Shown one piece after another: positions 48,746 to 58,684 of a stretch of DNA of 64,000 nt. The stretch is from Minisyncoccota bacterium. Its GTDB lineage: Bacteria > Patescibacteriota > Minisyncoccia > Phycocordibacterales > UBA9973. Position numbers and translations under genes: made by a program. A model generated the notes under the pieces. That model was given only the letters and a program-made list of their open reading frames with translations, searched no databases and had not been told where the DNA came from. How positions within the stretch are numbered: the stretch's first letter is position 1; each line of letters opens with the position of its first letter. The DNA lies in the NCBI GenBank assembly GCA_041664285.1, contig JBAYLA010000002.1, positions 1,349-65,348 on the forward strand, in the 5' to 3' direction.

Positions 48746-50617
48746 ATGTGTGGGATTGTTGGATACATCGGAACAAAAGAAGCTTGGCCAATTTTAATTA
48801 AAGGACTAGAGCGATTAGAGTATCGTGGTTATGATTCGGCTGGAATTGCCTTGCTTGATAAAGGTAATTTTTCTGTTTATAAGAAAAAGGGGAAAGTTGC
48901 AGAATTATCTAAATTTATTAAAAATAAAAATAGTAATGAACTTTCAGGTGGAGTAGGTATCGCACACACACGTTGGGCAACCCATGGCATACCATCAGAT
49001 CTAAATTCTCATCCACATTTATCTAATGGAGGAGATATTGTGATAGTTCATAACGGTATCATTGAGAATTATCTTTCTATAAAAAAAGTATTAGTGAGTA
49101 AAGGGTATAAATTTAAAAGCGATACTGATACTGAGGTATTGGCCAATTTAATTGAAGATATAAAAAAACACGAAAAAGTTGCCATTGACGAAGCAGTGCG
49201 TCTTGCTTTGGCGGAAGTTATTGGAGCTTACGCAATCTTAGTTTTGTCTAAAAATGAACCGGAAACCATGGTAATAGCCAAAATGGGTAGCCCTGTTGTC
49301 ATCGGCATTGGTAAAGGTAAATCCAAAAGTGAATTTTTTGTGGCTTCTGACGCCACTCCTATCATTGAACATACGAATAAAGTAGTTTATTTAGAAGATG
49401 GAGAAATAGCCATCATAAATAAAAAAAATAAAAAACTTACTCTAAAAATAAAATCAATAAAAAACAATGGAATAAAAAATCCATATGTTCACATCTTAGA
49501 AACAAAAATCGAAGAATTAGAAAAAGGTGGTTTTCCACATTTTATGTTGAAAGAAATTTTTGATCAACCAGAATCCTTACGTAATACGATGCGAGGCCGG
49601 ATTGTTTTAAATAAAGGTAATATAAAATTTGGTGGATTGGAAAAATTTGAAAAAGAAATTAAAAATTTAAAACGTCTAACAATAACAGGTATGGGAACTG
49701 CTCGTTTTACTGGGCTCATAGGTGAATATGCCTTCGAGGAGTTGTCTAATATTCCAACGAAGGTAGAATATGGTTCAGAATTTACTTATCGTAATATTGC
49801 AGAACCATTAGATACTGGACTCATTGCTATTTCACAATCTGGAGAAACTGCTGATACATTAAACGCTATCAAAAAAGCAAAAAAAGAAAAGATGTTAACT
49901 TTAGGAGTGGTAAATGTCATTGGTTCAAGTATTGCTAGAGAAGTAGATGCTGGTATTTATAATCACGTTGGGCCAGAGACCGCAGTCGCCTCAACTAAAG
50001 CATCAACCTCCCAGGTGCTCCTCCTTATTATGCTTGCTCTTTATTTTGGAAGAATGCGTGGCCTCTCAAAATCAAAAGGTCAAGAAATTCTGAAAGAAAT
50101 AGAAAGGCTTCCTGCCCTTGTTGAAAAAATTCTAAAAAATGCAAAGTTAATTGAAAAATTAGCTAAAAAATATAAAAAATATAATAACTTTTTTATTCTC
50201 GGTAGAAAATATAATGCTGGCACTGCCATGGAGGGAGCTTTGAAAATGAAAGAATGTTCTTATATTCATGCTGAAGGATGTAATTCCGCAGAATTAAAAC
50301 ACGGTCCGATCTCTCTTATTGATAAGAATTTTCCATCCATTGTAATAGCGCCAATGGACAGTATGTATGAAAAAATGAAGAGTTCGATACAAGAAATTAA
50401 AGCTCGCGGAGGTTTAGTTATAGCTCTGACCACTGACGGGAATAAGGAATTAAAAAATATCGTTGATGATGTAATCTATATCCCGAAAACTCTTGAAATA
50501 TTAACTCCAATTTTAGCTTTTATCCCAATGCAACTTTTAGCATATTATATATCTACAGAGCGAGGGAATGACGTTGATAAACCTCGTAATTTAGCAAAAA
50601 GTGTGACCGTGGAATAA
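48746..50617 (+). CDS. glmS: Glutamine--fructose-6-phosphate aminotransferase
   Basis: MCGIVG, HTRWATHG, SQSGETAD, ELKHGP, PRNLAKSVTVE. Confidence 0.99.
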   Translation: MCGIVGYIGTKEAWPILIKGLERLEYRGYDSAGIALLDKGNFSVYKKKGKVAELSKFIKNKNSNELSGGVGIAHTRWATHGIPSDLNSHPHLSNGGDIVIVHNGIIENYLSIKKVLVSKGYKFKSDTDTEVLANLIEDIKKHEKVAIDEAVRLALAEVIGAYAILVLSKNEPETMVIAKMGSPVVIGIGKGKSKSEFFVASDATPIIEHTNKVVYLEDGEIAIINKKNKKLTLKIKSIKNNGIKNPYVHILETKIEELEKGGFPHFMLKEIFDQPESLRNTMRGRIVLNKGNIKFGGLEKFEKEIKNLKRLTITGMGTARFTGLIGEYAFEELSNIPTKVEYGSEFTYRNIAEPLDTGLIAISQSGETADTLNAIKKAKKEKMLTLGVVNVIGSSIAREVDAGIYNHVGPETAVASTKASTSQVLLLIMLALYFGRMRGLSKSKGQEILKEIERLPALVEKILKNAKLIEKLAKKYKKYNNFFILGRKYNAGTAMEGALKMKECSYIHAEGCNSAELKHGPISLIDKNFPSIVIAPMDSMYEKMKSSIQEIKARGGLVIALTTDGNKELKNIVDDVIYIPKTLEILTPILAFIPMQLLAYYISTERGNDVDKPRNLAKSVTVE

Positions 50618-50634
50618 CTTACCTTTAATTTTTA

Positions 50635-52461
50635 ATGATTACTAACAAACAATTTCAAAAAATTTACGCTGAATCTATTCAAGACTCAGAAAAATTTTGG
50701 GCAAATGTTGCAGAAACGACGATTGAATGGTTTACAAAATGGGATAAAGTCTTAAAGTGGGAATTCCCAAATTATCAATGGTTTGTAGGAGGGAAATTAA
50801 ATGCTACTTATAATTGTTTAGATCGTCATGTTACAGCAGGGCTAGGAGAAAAAACTGCCTTAATTTATTTAAATGAAAACAACGAAAGAATAACAATTAA
50901 TTATCGGGATTTATTAAAACAGGTTAATAAATTTTCTAACGGGTTAAAATCATTGGGCGTAAAGAAAGGAGATCGGGTTTTGATTTATATGCCCTTGGTT
51001 ATTGAACAAATTATAGCCATGTTAGCTTGTGCTAGAATTGGCGCAATTCATAGTGTGGTATTCGCTGGATTTAGTGCTAATGCTTTACGTGAACGAGCAG
51101 AGAGCTTAAAAGCCAAAGTTGTTATTACGGCTACTTGGACTTTACGACGTGGAAAAAATAAATTATTAAAACCAGTTGCCGAAGAAGCAATAAAAGATTT
51201 GGAGTTTATAGAGAAACTGATAGTTTTAAATCGAGACGAGGAAAAAGTTAGCTCTGTGAATGAGCAGGAAATTGATTTCTATGATTTATTAAATCCGCAA
51301 AGCGATGTTTGTGAAGGAGAAATTATGGATAGTGGAGATCCCTTGTTTGTTCTTTATACTTCTGGTTCTACTGGTAAACCTAAAGGTATAGTACATACTA
51401 CTGGTGGATTTTTAGTCTACGCACAATATACTCTACAAACTGCTTTTGACATTAAGTCAGATGATATTTATTGGTGCACAGCAGACCCAGGATGGATAAC
51501 TGGTCATAGTTATGTAACTTATGGACCCTTATCTAAGGGTTTAACTGTTCTCTTAGTAGAAGGTGTTCCGGATTATCCCAAACCAGATAATTGGTATAAA
51601 ATTATTGAACAAGAAAAAGTTAATATTTTTTATACCTCACCTACCGCTCTGCGAATGCTTAAAAAATACGGAGAAGGGTATTGCAAGCAGCATGACCTTA
51701 GTTCACTGCGAATTTTAGGGACAGTTGGTGAGCCAATTAATCCCGAAGTTTGGAAATGGTATTACGAATTTATTGGTAATAAAAAATGTTCAATTGTTGA
51801 CACTTGGTGGCAAACTGAAACAGGTGGGCATATGATTATGACCTTACCGGGATTAGAAGAAAAACCTGGCGTAGCTGGTCTGCCTTTTTATGGGATTGAT
51901 GTTGCGATTATAAATCAAAATGGAGAAGAAATGCCGGTTAATGAAAAAGGATTTTTGGTAGTAAAAAAACCATGGCCCGGAGCTTTAGTTAATTGTTGGG
52001 AAAATTCGGATCGTTTTATTCAATATTGGAATGAGGTTGGTAAAGTATTTTTTACTGGAGATTTTGCTATTAAAGATGTGGACGGTTATATTCAAATTCT
52101 AGGTCGCAGTGATGATGTAATAAATATATCTGGTCATCGCATTGGAACTGCAGAAGTAGAAAACTTATTAGTTTCTTTTAATGGAATTGTTGAAGCGGCT
52201 GTAATTTCTAAACCCGATGAGCTTAAAGGGGAAAAGCTTAAGGCTTTCGTTGTGCTAAAATCAAATATAAAAGGTGATGACGTTTTGAAACTAAATATTC
52301 AAAAATATATAAAAATGGAAATTGCTTCATTTGCCGTGCCAGAAGAGATAGAATTCATAGCCAGTTTACCTAAAACTAGAAGTGGTAAGATTATGCGTCG
52401 AATACTTAAAGCGCAAGAATTAGGACAAGATGTTGGCGATTTAACAACTTTAGAAGATTAA
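50635..52461 (+). CDS. acs: Acetyl-CoA synthetase (AMP-forming)
   Basis: YTSGSTGKPKG, VGEPINP, DTWWQTETG, LPKTRSGKIMRR. Confidence 0.95.
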   Translation: MITNKQFQKIYAESIQDSEKFWANVAETTIEWFTKWDKVLKWEFPNYQWFVGGKLNATYNCLDRHVTAGLGEKTALIYLNENNERITINYRDLLKQVNKFSNGLKSLGVKKGDRVLIYMPLVIEQIIAMLACARIGAIHSVVFAGFSANALRERAESLKAKVVITATWTLRRGKNKLLKPVAEEAIKDLEFIEKLIVLNRDEEKVSSVNEQEIDFYDLLNPQSDVCEGEIMDSGDPLFVLYTSGSTGKPKGIVHTTGGFLVYAQYTLQTAFDIKSDDIYWCTADPGWITGHSYVTYGPLSKGLTVLLVEGVPDYPKPDNWYKIIEQEKVNIFYTSPTALRMLKKYGEGYCKQHDLSSLRILGTVGEPINPEVWKWYYEFIGNKKCSIVDTWWQTETGGHMIMTLPGLEEKPGVAGLPFYGIDVAIINQNGEEMPVNEKGFLVVKKPWPGALVNCWENSDRFIQYWNEVGKVFFTGDFAIKDVDGYIQILGRSDDVINISGHRIGTAEVENLLVSFNGIVEAAVISKPDELKGEKLKAFVVLKSNIKGDDVLKLNIQKYIKMEIASFAVPEEIEFIASLPKTRSGKIMRRILKAQELGQDVGDLTTLED

Positions 52462-52465
52462 AATT

Positions 52466-53053
52466 ATGGAAATTATTCCACAAACAGATTTAAAAAAATT
52501 ATCATTTCCATTACCAATTTATCAAACTATTGAAATTGGTGAGGCTATTAGTAGAGATGGAGAACATTTTTATATCTTTGTCGGATTGAATAAAGAAATG
52601 GTCATACAGCTTAAAACTTTATCCTTAGATGGAAATGATATTGATCTACAGAAAAATACTGTAGATAAAAATCGTTTTGGAAAAGGATCTTATGAAGACT
52701 GGTATAGAAAAAATCGTACTCCTTTTGTTCTTGTTCACAAAAATACAAATGCCTTAGCTGCTTTAGTTTGGTTTGGGCCAGACTCATTACCTGAACATGA
52801 AGGTAACTGGCACACATCTGCATGGCGTTCGTATATACCTTTTCGAGGAAAAGGATTAATAAAAGAATTTTTAGCTTTTTCAATAAATACTTATTTCAAA
52901 AATGCTCCTCATGTTAAGCTTTGGGCTCGTATCAAGAGCGAAAATATTACTAGTGAAAAACTAGTTGAAGGATTAGGTTTTAAACTATTAGAAAAACTGT
53001 CCAATAATAATTCTCATTATCTTGTTCTGGTTAATAATTTAGAATTAGTATAA
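52466..53053 (+). CDS. GNAT-family acetyltransferase-like protein
   Basis: PFRGKGL and ENITS.KL..GLGF acetyl-CoA-binding motifs. Confidence 0.75.
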   Translation: MEIIPQTDLKKLSFPLPIYQTIEIGEAISRDGEHFYIFVGLNKEMVIQLKTLSLDGNDIDLQKNTVDKNRFGKGSYEDWYRKNRTPFVLVHKNTNALAALVWFGPDSLPEHEGNWHTSAWRSYIPFRGKGLIKEFLAFSINTYFKNAPHVKLWARIKSENITSEKLVEGLGFKLLEKLSNNNSHYLVLVNNLELV

Positions 53054-53062
53054 TATACCTAT

Positions 53063-55975
53063 ATGATTTCTCGGATATATGTGACACCTAAAGGAAAAGT
53101 TAATTTCATTAATTCTTATCTAATTTCACACAAATTAGGAAATGAAAAAATCAGTAAAATTGCTGAGGCTTTAACTAACTCTATCCTTGAAGATTTTTCT
53201 ATAAATAAATTTCCCTCGGTTAAAGGATTTACTTATGCTATTGAAATAGGATTTAAGCCTGGGGTTACAGACAATGTCGGACATACAGTCAAAGAAACCA
53301 TCACTGACTTGCTGCATCTTAAAAATAATTCTGATTTAGCTGTTTATACTTCTAAAATTTTTTTAATCTACGATCATGTAAATGAAGATAAGGTAAAAGA
53401 AATTGCTTTTTCTTTACACAATCCTTTAATTGAACGTTCTTATATTGCAAGTTTTAAAGAAATAAAGAAAAAAAATGGTTTTCCTTTAAAAGTTCCTGAG
53501 GTAATTTTTAAAAAAACTATTCCCGTTATTAAAGTACCGCTTTCAAAAATGACAGACGAAGAATTAGAACAAATTGGGAAAATGGGAATAATGGAAAACA
53601 ATGGCCTACATCGTGGGCCACTTGCTCTTGATTTATCGTCGATGAAAGTAATCAAAGAGCATTTCAAAAAATTAAAAAGGGAACCAACTGATATTGAAAT
53701 TGAATCATTGGCGCAAACTTGGTCTGAACATTGTAAACATACTATTTTCGCGAATCCAATTGATGATATAAAAGATGGTTTATACAAAACATATATTAAA
53801 GGTGCCACTAATCTAATTAGAAAAAATAAAAAGAAAAAAGATTTTTGTGTTTCTGTATTTAATGATAATTCTGGTGGAATAGTTTTTGATAAAAATTATT
53901 TAATAACGCATAAAGTAGAAACACATAACAGTCCTTCAGCCTTGGATCCTTTCGGTGGAGCAATTACCGGAATTGTGGGCGTAAATCGAGATACGATTGG
54001 TTTTGGGCTAGGGGCCAAGCCGGTGGCTAATGTTTATGGTTTTTGTTTTGGTAATCCGTACGACACAAGACCACTTTTCCGCGACAAAGATTTAAAAAAC
54101 AAAATGTTATTACCTAAACGCATTATGGAAGGTGTGATAAAGGGTATAAATGTTGGTGGAAATTGTTCTGGCATCCCAACTCTTTCTGGTTTTGTTCATT
54201 ATGATGATAGATACAGGGGCAAGCCTTTAGTTTTTGCTGGTACTGTAGGGATTATTCCAAGAAAAATTAATGGAAAATTTTCACATCTCAAAAAAGCGCG
54301 AAAAGGGGACTATGTGGTAGTGGTAGGGGGAAGAGTTGGAGCAGATGGAATTCACGGGGCAACATTTTCTTCTGTTGCTATGGACTCAAATTCTCCGGCA
54401 ACCGCCGTGCAAATCGGAGATCCAATCACTCAGAAAAAATTAAGTGATGCTATAGTAAAAGAAGCACGAGATATGAATTTATATAACAGTATTACAGACA
54501 ATGGAGCTGGAGGAATTTCTTGTTCAGTAGCAGAAATGGCAAAAGAGTGCGGGGGAGTAAAAGTTTATTTAGAAAAAGTTCCGCTAAAATATCCTGGTCT
54601 TCGTCCTTGGGAAATTTGGATTTCAGAATCACAAGAACGGATGACTCTCGCAGTCCCAAAAGGAAAATGGGAAGTTTTTCATAAATTAATGGAAAGTCGT
54701 GGAGTAGAAGCTTTTGTTATAGGAGAGTTCACAAATTCTGGAAAAGCTGTCGTTCAATGGAAAGGAAAAACAATAATGGATATAGATATGGAATTTTTAC
54801 ATAATGGGCTTCCTAAACACATGCTGACAACGGCTCCAGTTGTTTATAAAAATACTGAGCCAATACTGAAGATACAAAAATCTTATACAGAAATTTTAGA
54901 AAAATTACTTGGAAATAAAAATATCAATGGATTTTCTTTCATTTCCGAACAATATGATCACGAAGTTCAAGGATCTTCGGTGCTAAAACCCCTCTCGGGA
55001 GCTGGCCGTATAAATACCGATGCGCAAGTTTTTAGTCCAGTTTTAAATTCAAATAAAGGAGTTGTACTAGCTTCCAGTGTTTATCCTTCCTATGGAGATA
55101 TCAGTACTTATCATATGGCCGCTTGTGCTATTGATACCGCAATTAGAAACATTATATCTGCGGGTGGAACACTTTCAGAGCTGGCTATTTTAGATAATTT
55201 CTGTTGGTGCTCATCATATGATCAAAAACGCCTAAAACAGCTTGTAGGTGCAGTAAAAGCTTGTTATGACTATGCTATAGGCTATGGTACACCATTTATT
55301 TCCGGCAAAGATAGTATGTTTAATGATTTTAAAGGTTATGATGAAAAAGGGAATTTTGTGGCTATCTCTATACCACCCACCCTTCTCATTTCCGCCATTA
55401 GCATAATGCCAAATATTTCTAAAACTGTTTCTCCTGAGTTTAAAAATAGTGGTGATGTAATTTATTTACTAGGAGAAACATATGATGAATTGGGTGGAGG
55501 AGAATATTTCAAAATGTTAAATTTTATTGGCAACAATGTACCCAAGGTTAATTTAAAGAAAAATCTAAAAACTTATCGAGTTGCCGAACGGCTTATTTCG
55601 GACGAATTGATCCGTTCGACCATTTCCGTAGCTTCTGGAGGACTGGGAATTGCACTAGCGAAAGCCTGCGTTGGTGGAATGATCGGATGTAAAATATCTC
55701 TTGAGAAATTAGTAGGCAACGCAAAGTCTACAGATGTAAAGCTTTTCTCTGAAAGTCAGGGCAGAATTCTTGTATCTGTTGCTCCAAAAAATATAAAACA
55801 ATTTGAGAAAATAATAAAAGATATTCCTTGTACTAAATTAGGTAAAACCACAAAAGATGGAAAAGTTATTGTTCTAGATGAAAAGCTTGCCCGTCGTGGT
55901 GGGAAAAAGATGATTGAAACAACTGTTAAAAAATTACATGGTATTTACCACAGTTTTTCAAATAGTATGAAGTAA
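53063..55975 (+). CDS. purL: FGAM synthase subunit PurL (with PurS-like N-terminal extension)
   Basis: KPGVTDNVG, QTWSEHCKH, KVETHNSPS, DGIHGAT, SESQERM, SGKDSM. Confidence 0.96.
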   Translation: MISRIYVTPKGKVNFINSYLISHKLGNEKISKIAEALTNSILEDFSINKFPSVKGFTYAIEIGFKPGVTDNVGHTVKETITDLLHLKNNSDLAVYTSKIFLIYDHVNEDKVKEIAFSLHNPLIERSYIASFKEIKKKNGFPLKVPEVIFKKTIPVIKVPLSKMTDEELEQIGKMGIMENNGLHRGPLALDLSSMKVIKEHFKKLKREPTDIEIESLAQTWSEHCKHTIFANPIDDIKDGLYKTYIKGATNLIRKNKKKKDFCVSVFNDNSGGIVFDKNYLITHKVETHNSPSALDPFGGAITGIVGVNRDTIGFGLGAKPVANVYGFCFGNPYDTRPLFRDKDLKNKMLLPKRIMEGVIKGINVGGNCSGIPTLSGFVHYDDRYRGKPLVFAGTVGIIPRKINGKFSHLKKARKGDYVVVVGGRVGADGIHGATFSSVAMDSNSPATAVQIGDPITQKKLSDAIVKEARDMNLYNSITDNGAGGISCSVAEMAKECGGVKVYLEKVPLKYPGLRPWEIWISESQERMTLAVPKGKWEVFHKLMESRGVEAFVIGEFTNSGKAVVQWKGKTIMDIDMEFLHNGLPKHMLTTAPVVYKNTEPILKIQKSYTEILEKLLGNKNINGFSFISEQYDHEVQGSSVLKPLSGAGRINTDAQVFSPVLNSNKGVVLASSVYPSYGDISTYHMAACAIDTAIRNIISAGGTLSELAILDNFCWCSSYDQKRLKQLVGAVKACYDYAIGYGTPFISGKDSMFNDFKGYDEKGNFVAISIPPTLLISAISIMPNISKTVSPEFKNSGDVIYLLGETYDELGGGEYFKMLNFIGNNVPKVNLKKNLKTYRVAERLISDELIRSTISVASGGLGIALAKACVGGMIGCKISLEKLVGNAKSTDVKLFSESQGRILVSVAPKNIKQFEKIIKDIPCTKLGKTTKDGKVIVLDEKLARRGGKKMIETTVKKLHGIYHSFSNSMK

Positions 55976-56025
55976 GCCAATATCAGCCATGGCGTATATG
56001 ATAATTTAGAGATGTATATATAATT

Positions 56026-57756
56026 ATGAAAGAAGAAATAAAAACACAATCTACGATATGCCAGAATTGCAAAAAGAACTTTGCCATAGACGTGGAAGAT
56101 TTTAATTTTTATGAAAAAATAAAAGTTTCACCACCTACTTTTTGTCCGGAATGCAGAATGCAAAGACGATTTGGCTATAGAAACGAACGTACTCTTTATC
56201 GTCGTAAGTGTGCCTTAACTGGTAAAGATGTTATTTCTTGCTTTGCGCCAGAAGTCCCTTTTAAAGTTATTGATCGTGATTTATGGTGGGGAGATAATTG
56301 GAACGAACTTGAAAGTGGTCGTGATTATGATTTTTCTAAATCATTTTTTGAACAATTTCATAAGCTTATGCAAGAAACTTACATGCCTGCACTTTTTATC
56401 GGCAAATGCGTGAATACAAAATATGGCAATCATATTGGCGAATTTAAAAATGCTTATCTTGTTTCTGCTTCGTGGATGGGAGAAGACATAATGTATGCTT
56501 CTCGTTGTAATTCTTGTAAAAATTCACTTGATATGTTCTCAACTTTTGAATGTCAGTTTTGTTATGGAGATATAGCTTGTATAAAATGCAACACCGTCTA
56601 TTTTTCAGAATACGCAACAGCTTGTTCGAGTTCAGCATTCCTTTATAATTGTCGTGGATGTATGGACTGTTTTTTGTGTTCAAATTTACGAAATAAACAA
56701 AATTGTTTTATGAACGAACAACTTTCTAAAGAGGAGTATAAAAAGCGTTTAGAAGAATACGAAATTGGTACTTGGTCTGGACTACAAAAAGCAAAAAATG
56801 CTTTCGAAAATCTAAAAAAAGAAACGATAAGGCGTTATGCGATAGTAATAAACTCTCAAAATGTGACTGGTGACAATATCACCAATGCCTTTAATCTTAA
56901 ACAATGTTTTGACGTAGCTAATCATATAAAAGATTGTTGTTATATTACAAACTCTCTTGATCGAGTTGAAGATTGTTATGATGGGCATGGTTTGGCTTCT
57001 ATTACCACCGGTCTAGAAATGATTGATACAGGAGACGAAGCTGGGCGTTGTTTCTTTGTGGCGACGGTGTGGGGAAGTCAAGATATGTGGTATTCATATA
57101 ATTGTCACAGCTGTAATAATTGTTTTGGTTGTGTGTGTTTAAAGAAAAAGTCTTATTGTGTTTTTAATAAACAATATTCAAAAGAAGAATATTTAATTTT
57201 AAAAGACAAAATTATTGAACAAATGAAAAAAGTACCTTTTATCGATAAAAAAGGGCGTATACATTCTTTCGGTGATTATTTTCCTGTAGAGCTTTCACCC
57301 TTTGCATATAATAAAACTATTGCCCAAGATTATTTTCCTAAGAGTAAAGAGGAAATAGAAAAAGAAGGTTGGTTTTTTGCAGAAATGAAACAAAGTGAAT
57401 ATACTATAACAAAACGTGAAAAAGATATTCCCGATTCAATTAATGATATTCAGGATTCTTTTGTTAACGAAGTTATTGAATGTACAATGTGTAAAAAAGC
57501 TTTTCGGGTAATGGAAAATGAACTTATTTATTTACGTAAGTTTGGTATTGCTGTTCCACGTTATTGTTTTGAGTGCCGCCACTTAGAAAGATTTTCAATG
57601 GTGAATTTACCAAGACTGTACCATAGACAATGTATGTGCGATAAGGAAAATCATAATCATGATGGAAATTGTATTAATAAATTTGAAACAAGCTACGCAC
57701 CCGATCGACCAGAGATAGTGTATTGTGAAAAATGTTACCAACAAGAAGTTTACTAG
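56026..57756 (+). CDS. Cys-rich hypothetical protein, paralog of 10813..12522
   Basis: CQNC..PPTFCPECR, Cys repeats, C-terminal YCEKCYQQEVY. Confidence 0.85.
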   Translation: MKEEIKTQSTICQNCKKNFAIDVEDFNFYEKIKVSPPTFCPECRMQRRFGYRNERTLYRRKCALTGKDVISCFAPEVPFKVIDRDLWWGDNWNELESGRDYDFSKSFFEQFHKLMQETYMPALFIGKCVNTKYGNHIGEFKNAYLVSASWMGEDIMYASRCNSCKNSLDMFSTFECQFCYGDIACIKCNTVYFSEYATACSSSAFLYNCRGCMDCFLCSNLRNKQNCFMNEQLSKEEYKKRLEEYEIGTWSGLQKAKNAFENLKKETIRRYAIVINSQNVTGDNITNAFNLKQCFDVANHIKDCCYITNSLDRVEDCYDGHGLASITTGLEMIDTGDEAGRCFFVATVWGSQDMWYSYNCHSCNNCFGCVCLKKKSYCVFNKQYSKEEYLILKDKIIEQMKKVPFIDKKGRIHSFGDYFPVELSPFAYNKTIAQDYFPKSKEEIEKEGWFFAEMKQSEYTITKREKDIPDSINDIQDSFVNEVIECTMCKKAFRVMENELIYLRKFGIAVPRYCFECRHLERFSMVNLPRLYHRQCMCDKENHNHDGNCINKFETSYAPDRPEIVYCEKCYQQEVY

Positions 57757-57757
57757 C

Positions 57758-57837
57758 GTCGCACTTTAGTCGCATTTTAAAGGAGAATGCGACATGATTC
57801 AGCAGAATCAATTGCGCGACATGATTTCGTAAAATCA
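57758..57837. other. Structured intergenic element upstream of purQ
   Basis: GTCGCA x2, GCGACATGATT x2; hairpins GTCGCATT/AATGCGAC, TGATTC/GAATCA, TGATTT/AAATCA. Confidence 0.6.
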
Positions 57838-57838
57838 A

Positions 57839-58681
57839 ATGAAAAAAACAAAAGTAAAAATACATTCGAAAATTTCAGTACCTACGGCTAAAAAGCCTCG
57901 GATCATAATAATGTCAGGATACGGACTTAATTGTGAAGAAGAAACAAAATTCGCTTTTGAGTGGGCGGGCACTAAAAAGAATGTTCTTGCGGATATTGTT
58001 CACATTAACGATTTAATAAAAAAACCAAAAATACTTTCAACTTACGATATTCTTGTTTTTCCTGGTGGATTTTCTTATGGAGATGACACTGGTAGTGGGA
58101 AAGCTTACGCAAATAAGTTTAAAAATCATCTTAGTAAAGAACTTGGAGAATTTTTATCTCGAGATACTCTCGCCATAGGCATATGTAATGGATTTCAAAT
58201 TATGACCAATTTAGGAATTTTGCCTGGTGGTCTAACTTATAATAAGAATGGAAAATACATAGACCGTTGGGTTGATTTAGAAATAGTGAGTTCCCCCCGC
58301 CATGACGAGACAAGTAGTCCTTGGCTTAAGGGGATTAAGGCAATATCTTTACCAATAGCGCACGGAGAGGGAAATTATGTAATAAACGAAAAAAATTATA
58401 AAAATTTAAAGAAAAATAATCAAGTAGCCTTTACTTATGTAAAAGGTGAAATAACTAAATTCCAAAATCTAGACTATAACCCAAATGGTTCAGATTTTTG
58501 CATTGCTGGAGTTTTGGCATATAATGGGAGAGTCCTTGGAATGATGCCTCATCCGGAGCGTGCGATGTTCGCTCATCAAAGTCCCTTATGGCAAATTAAT
58601 AAAAACAAACAAAAGGAGGGTGCTGGATTACAAATTTTTAAAAATGCAATTAATTACTTTAAAAAAAATACTGAAACATAA
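57839..58681 (+). CDS. purQ: FGAM synthase glutaminase subunit
   Basis: G.NCEEE, PGGFSYGD, GICNGFQ, AHGEG, MMPHPER. Confidence 0.97.
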   Translation: MKKTKVKIHSKISVPTAKKPRIIIMSGYGLNCEEETKFAFEWAGTKKNVLADIVHINDLIKKPKILSTYDILVFPGGFSYGDDTGSGKAYANKFKNHLSKELGEFLSRDTLAIGICNGFQIMTNLGILPGGLTYNKNGKYIDRWVDLEIVSSPRHDETSSPWLKGIKAISLPIAHGEGNYVINEKNYKNLKKNNQVAFTYVKGEITKFQNLDYNPNGSDFCIAGVLAYNGRVLGMMPHPERAMFAHQSPLWQINKNKQKEGAGLQIFKNAINYFKKNTET

Positions 58682-58684
58682 TTT

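Noticed and set aside
48700-48746. glmS ribozyme
   Set aside because: Only 45 bp of spacer, far too short.
10813-57756. Diversity-generating retroelement (TR/VR) involving the Cys-rich paralogues
   Set aside because: No reverse transcriptase, and differences between the copies are not adenine-specific.
57788-57890. Small ORF (MRHDSAES...) overlapping the purQ start
   Set aside because: The SD-like AGGAG is only 1 nt from the ATG and buried in a hairpin; no coding evidence.
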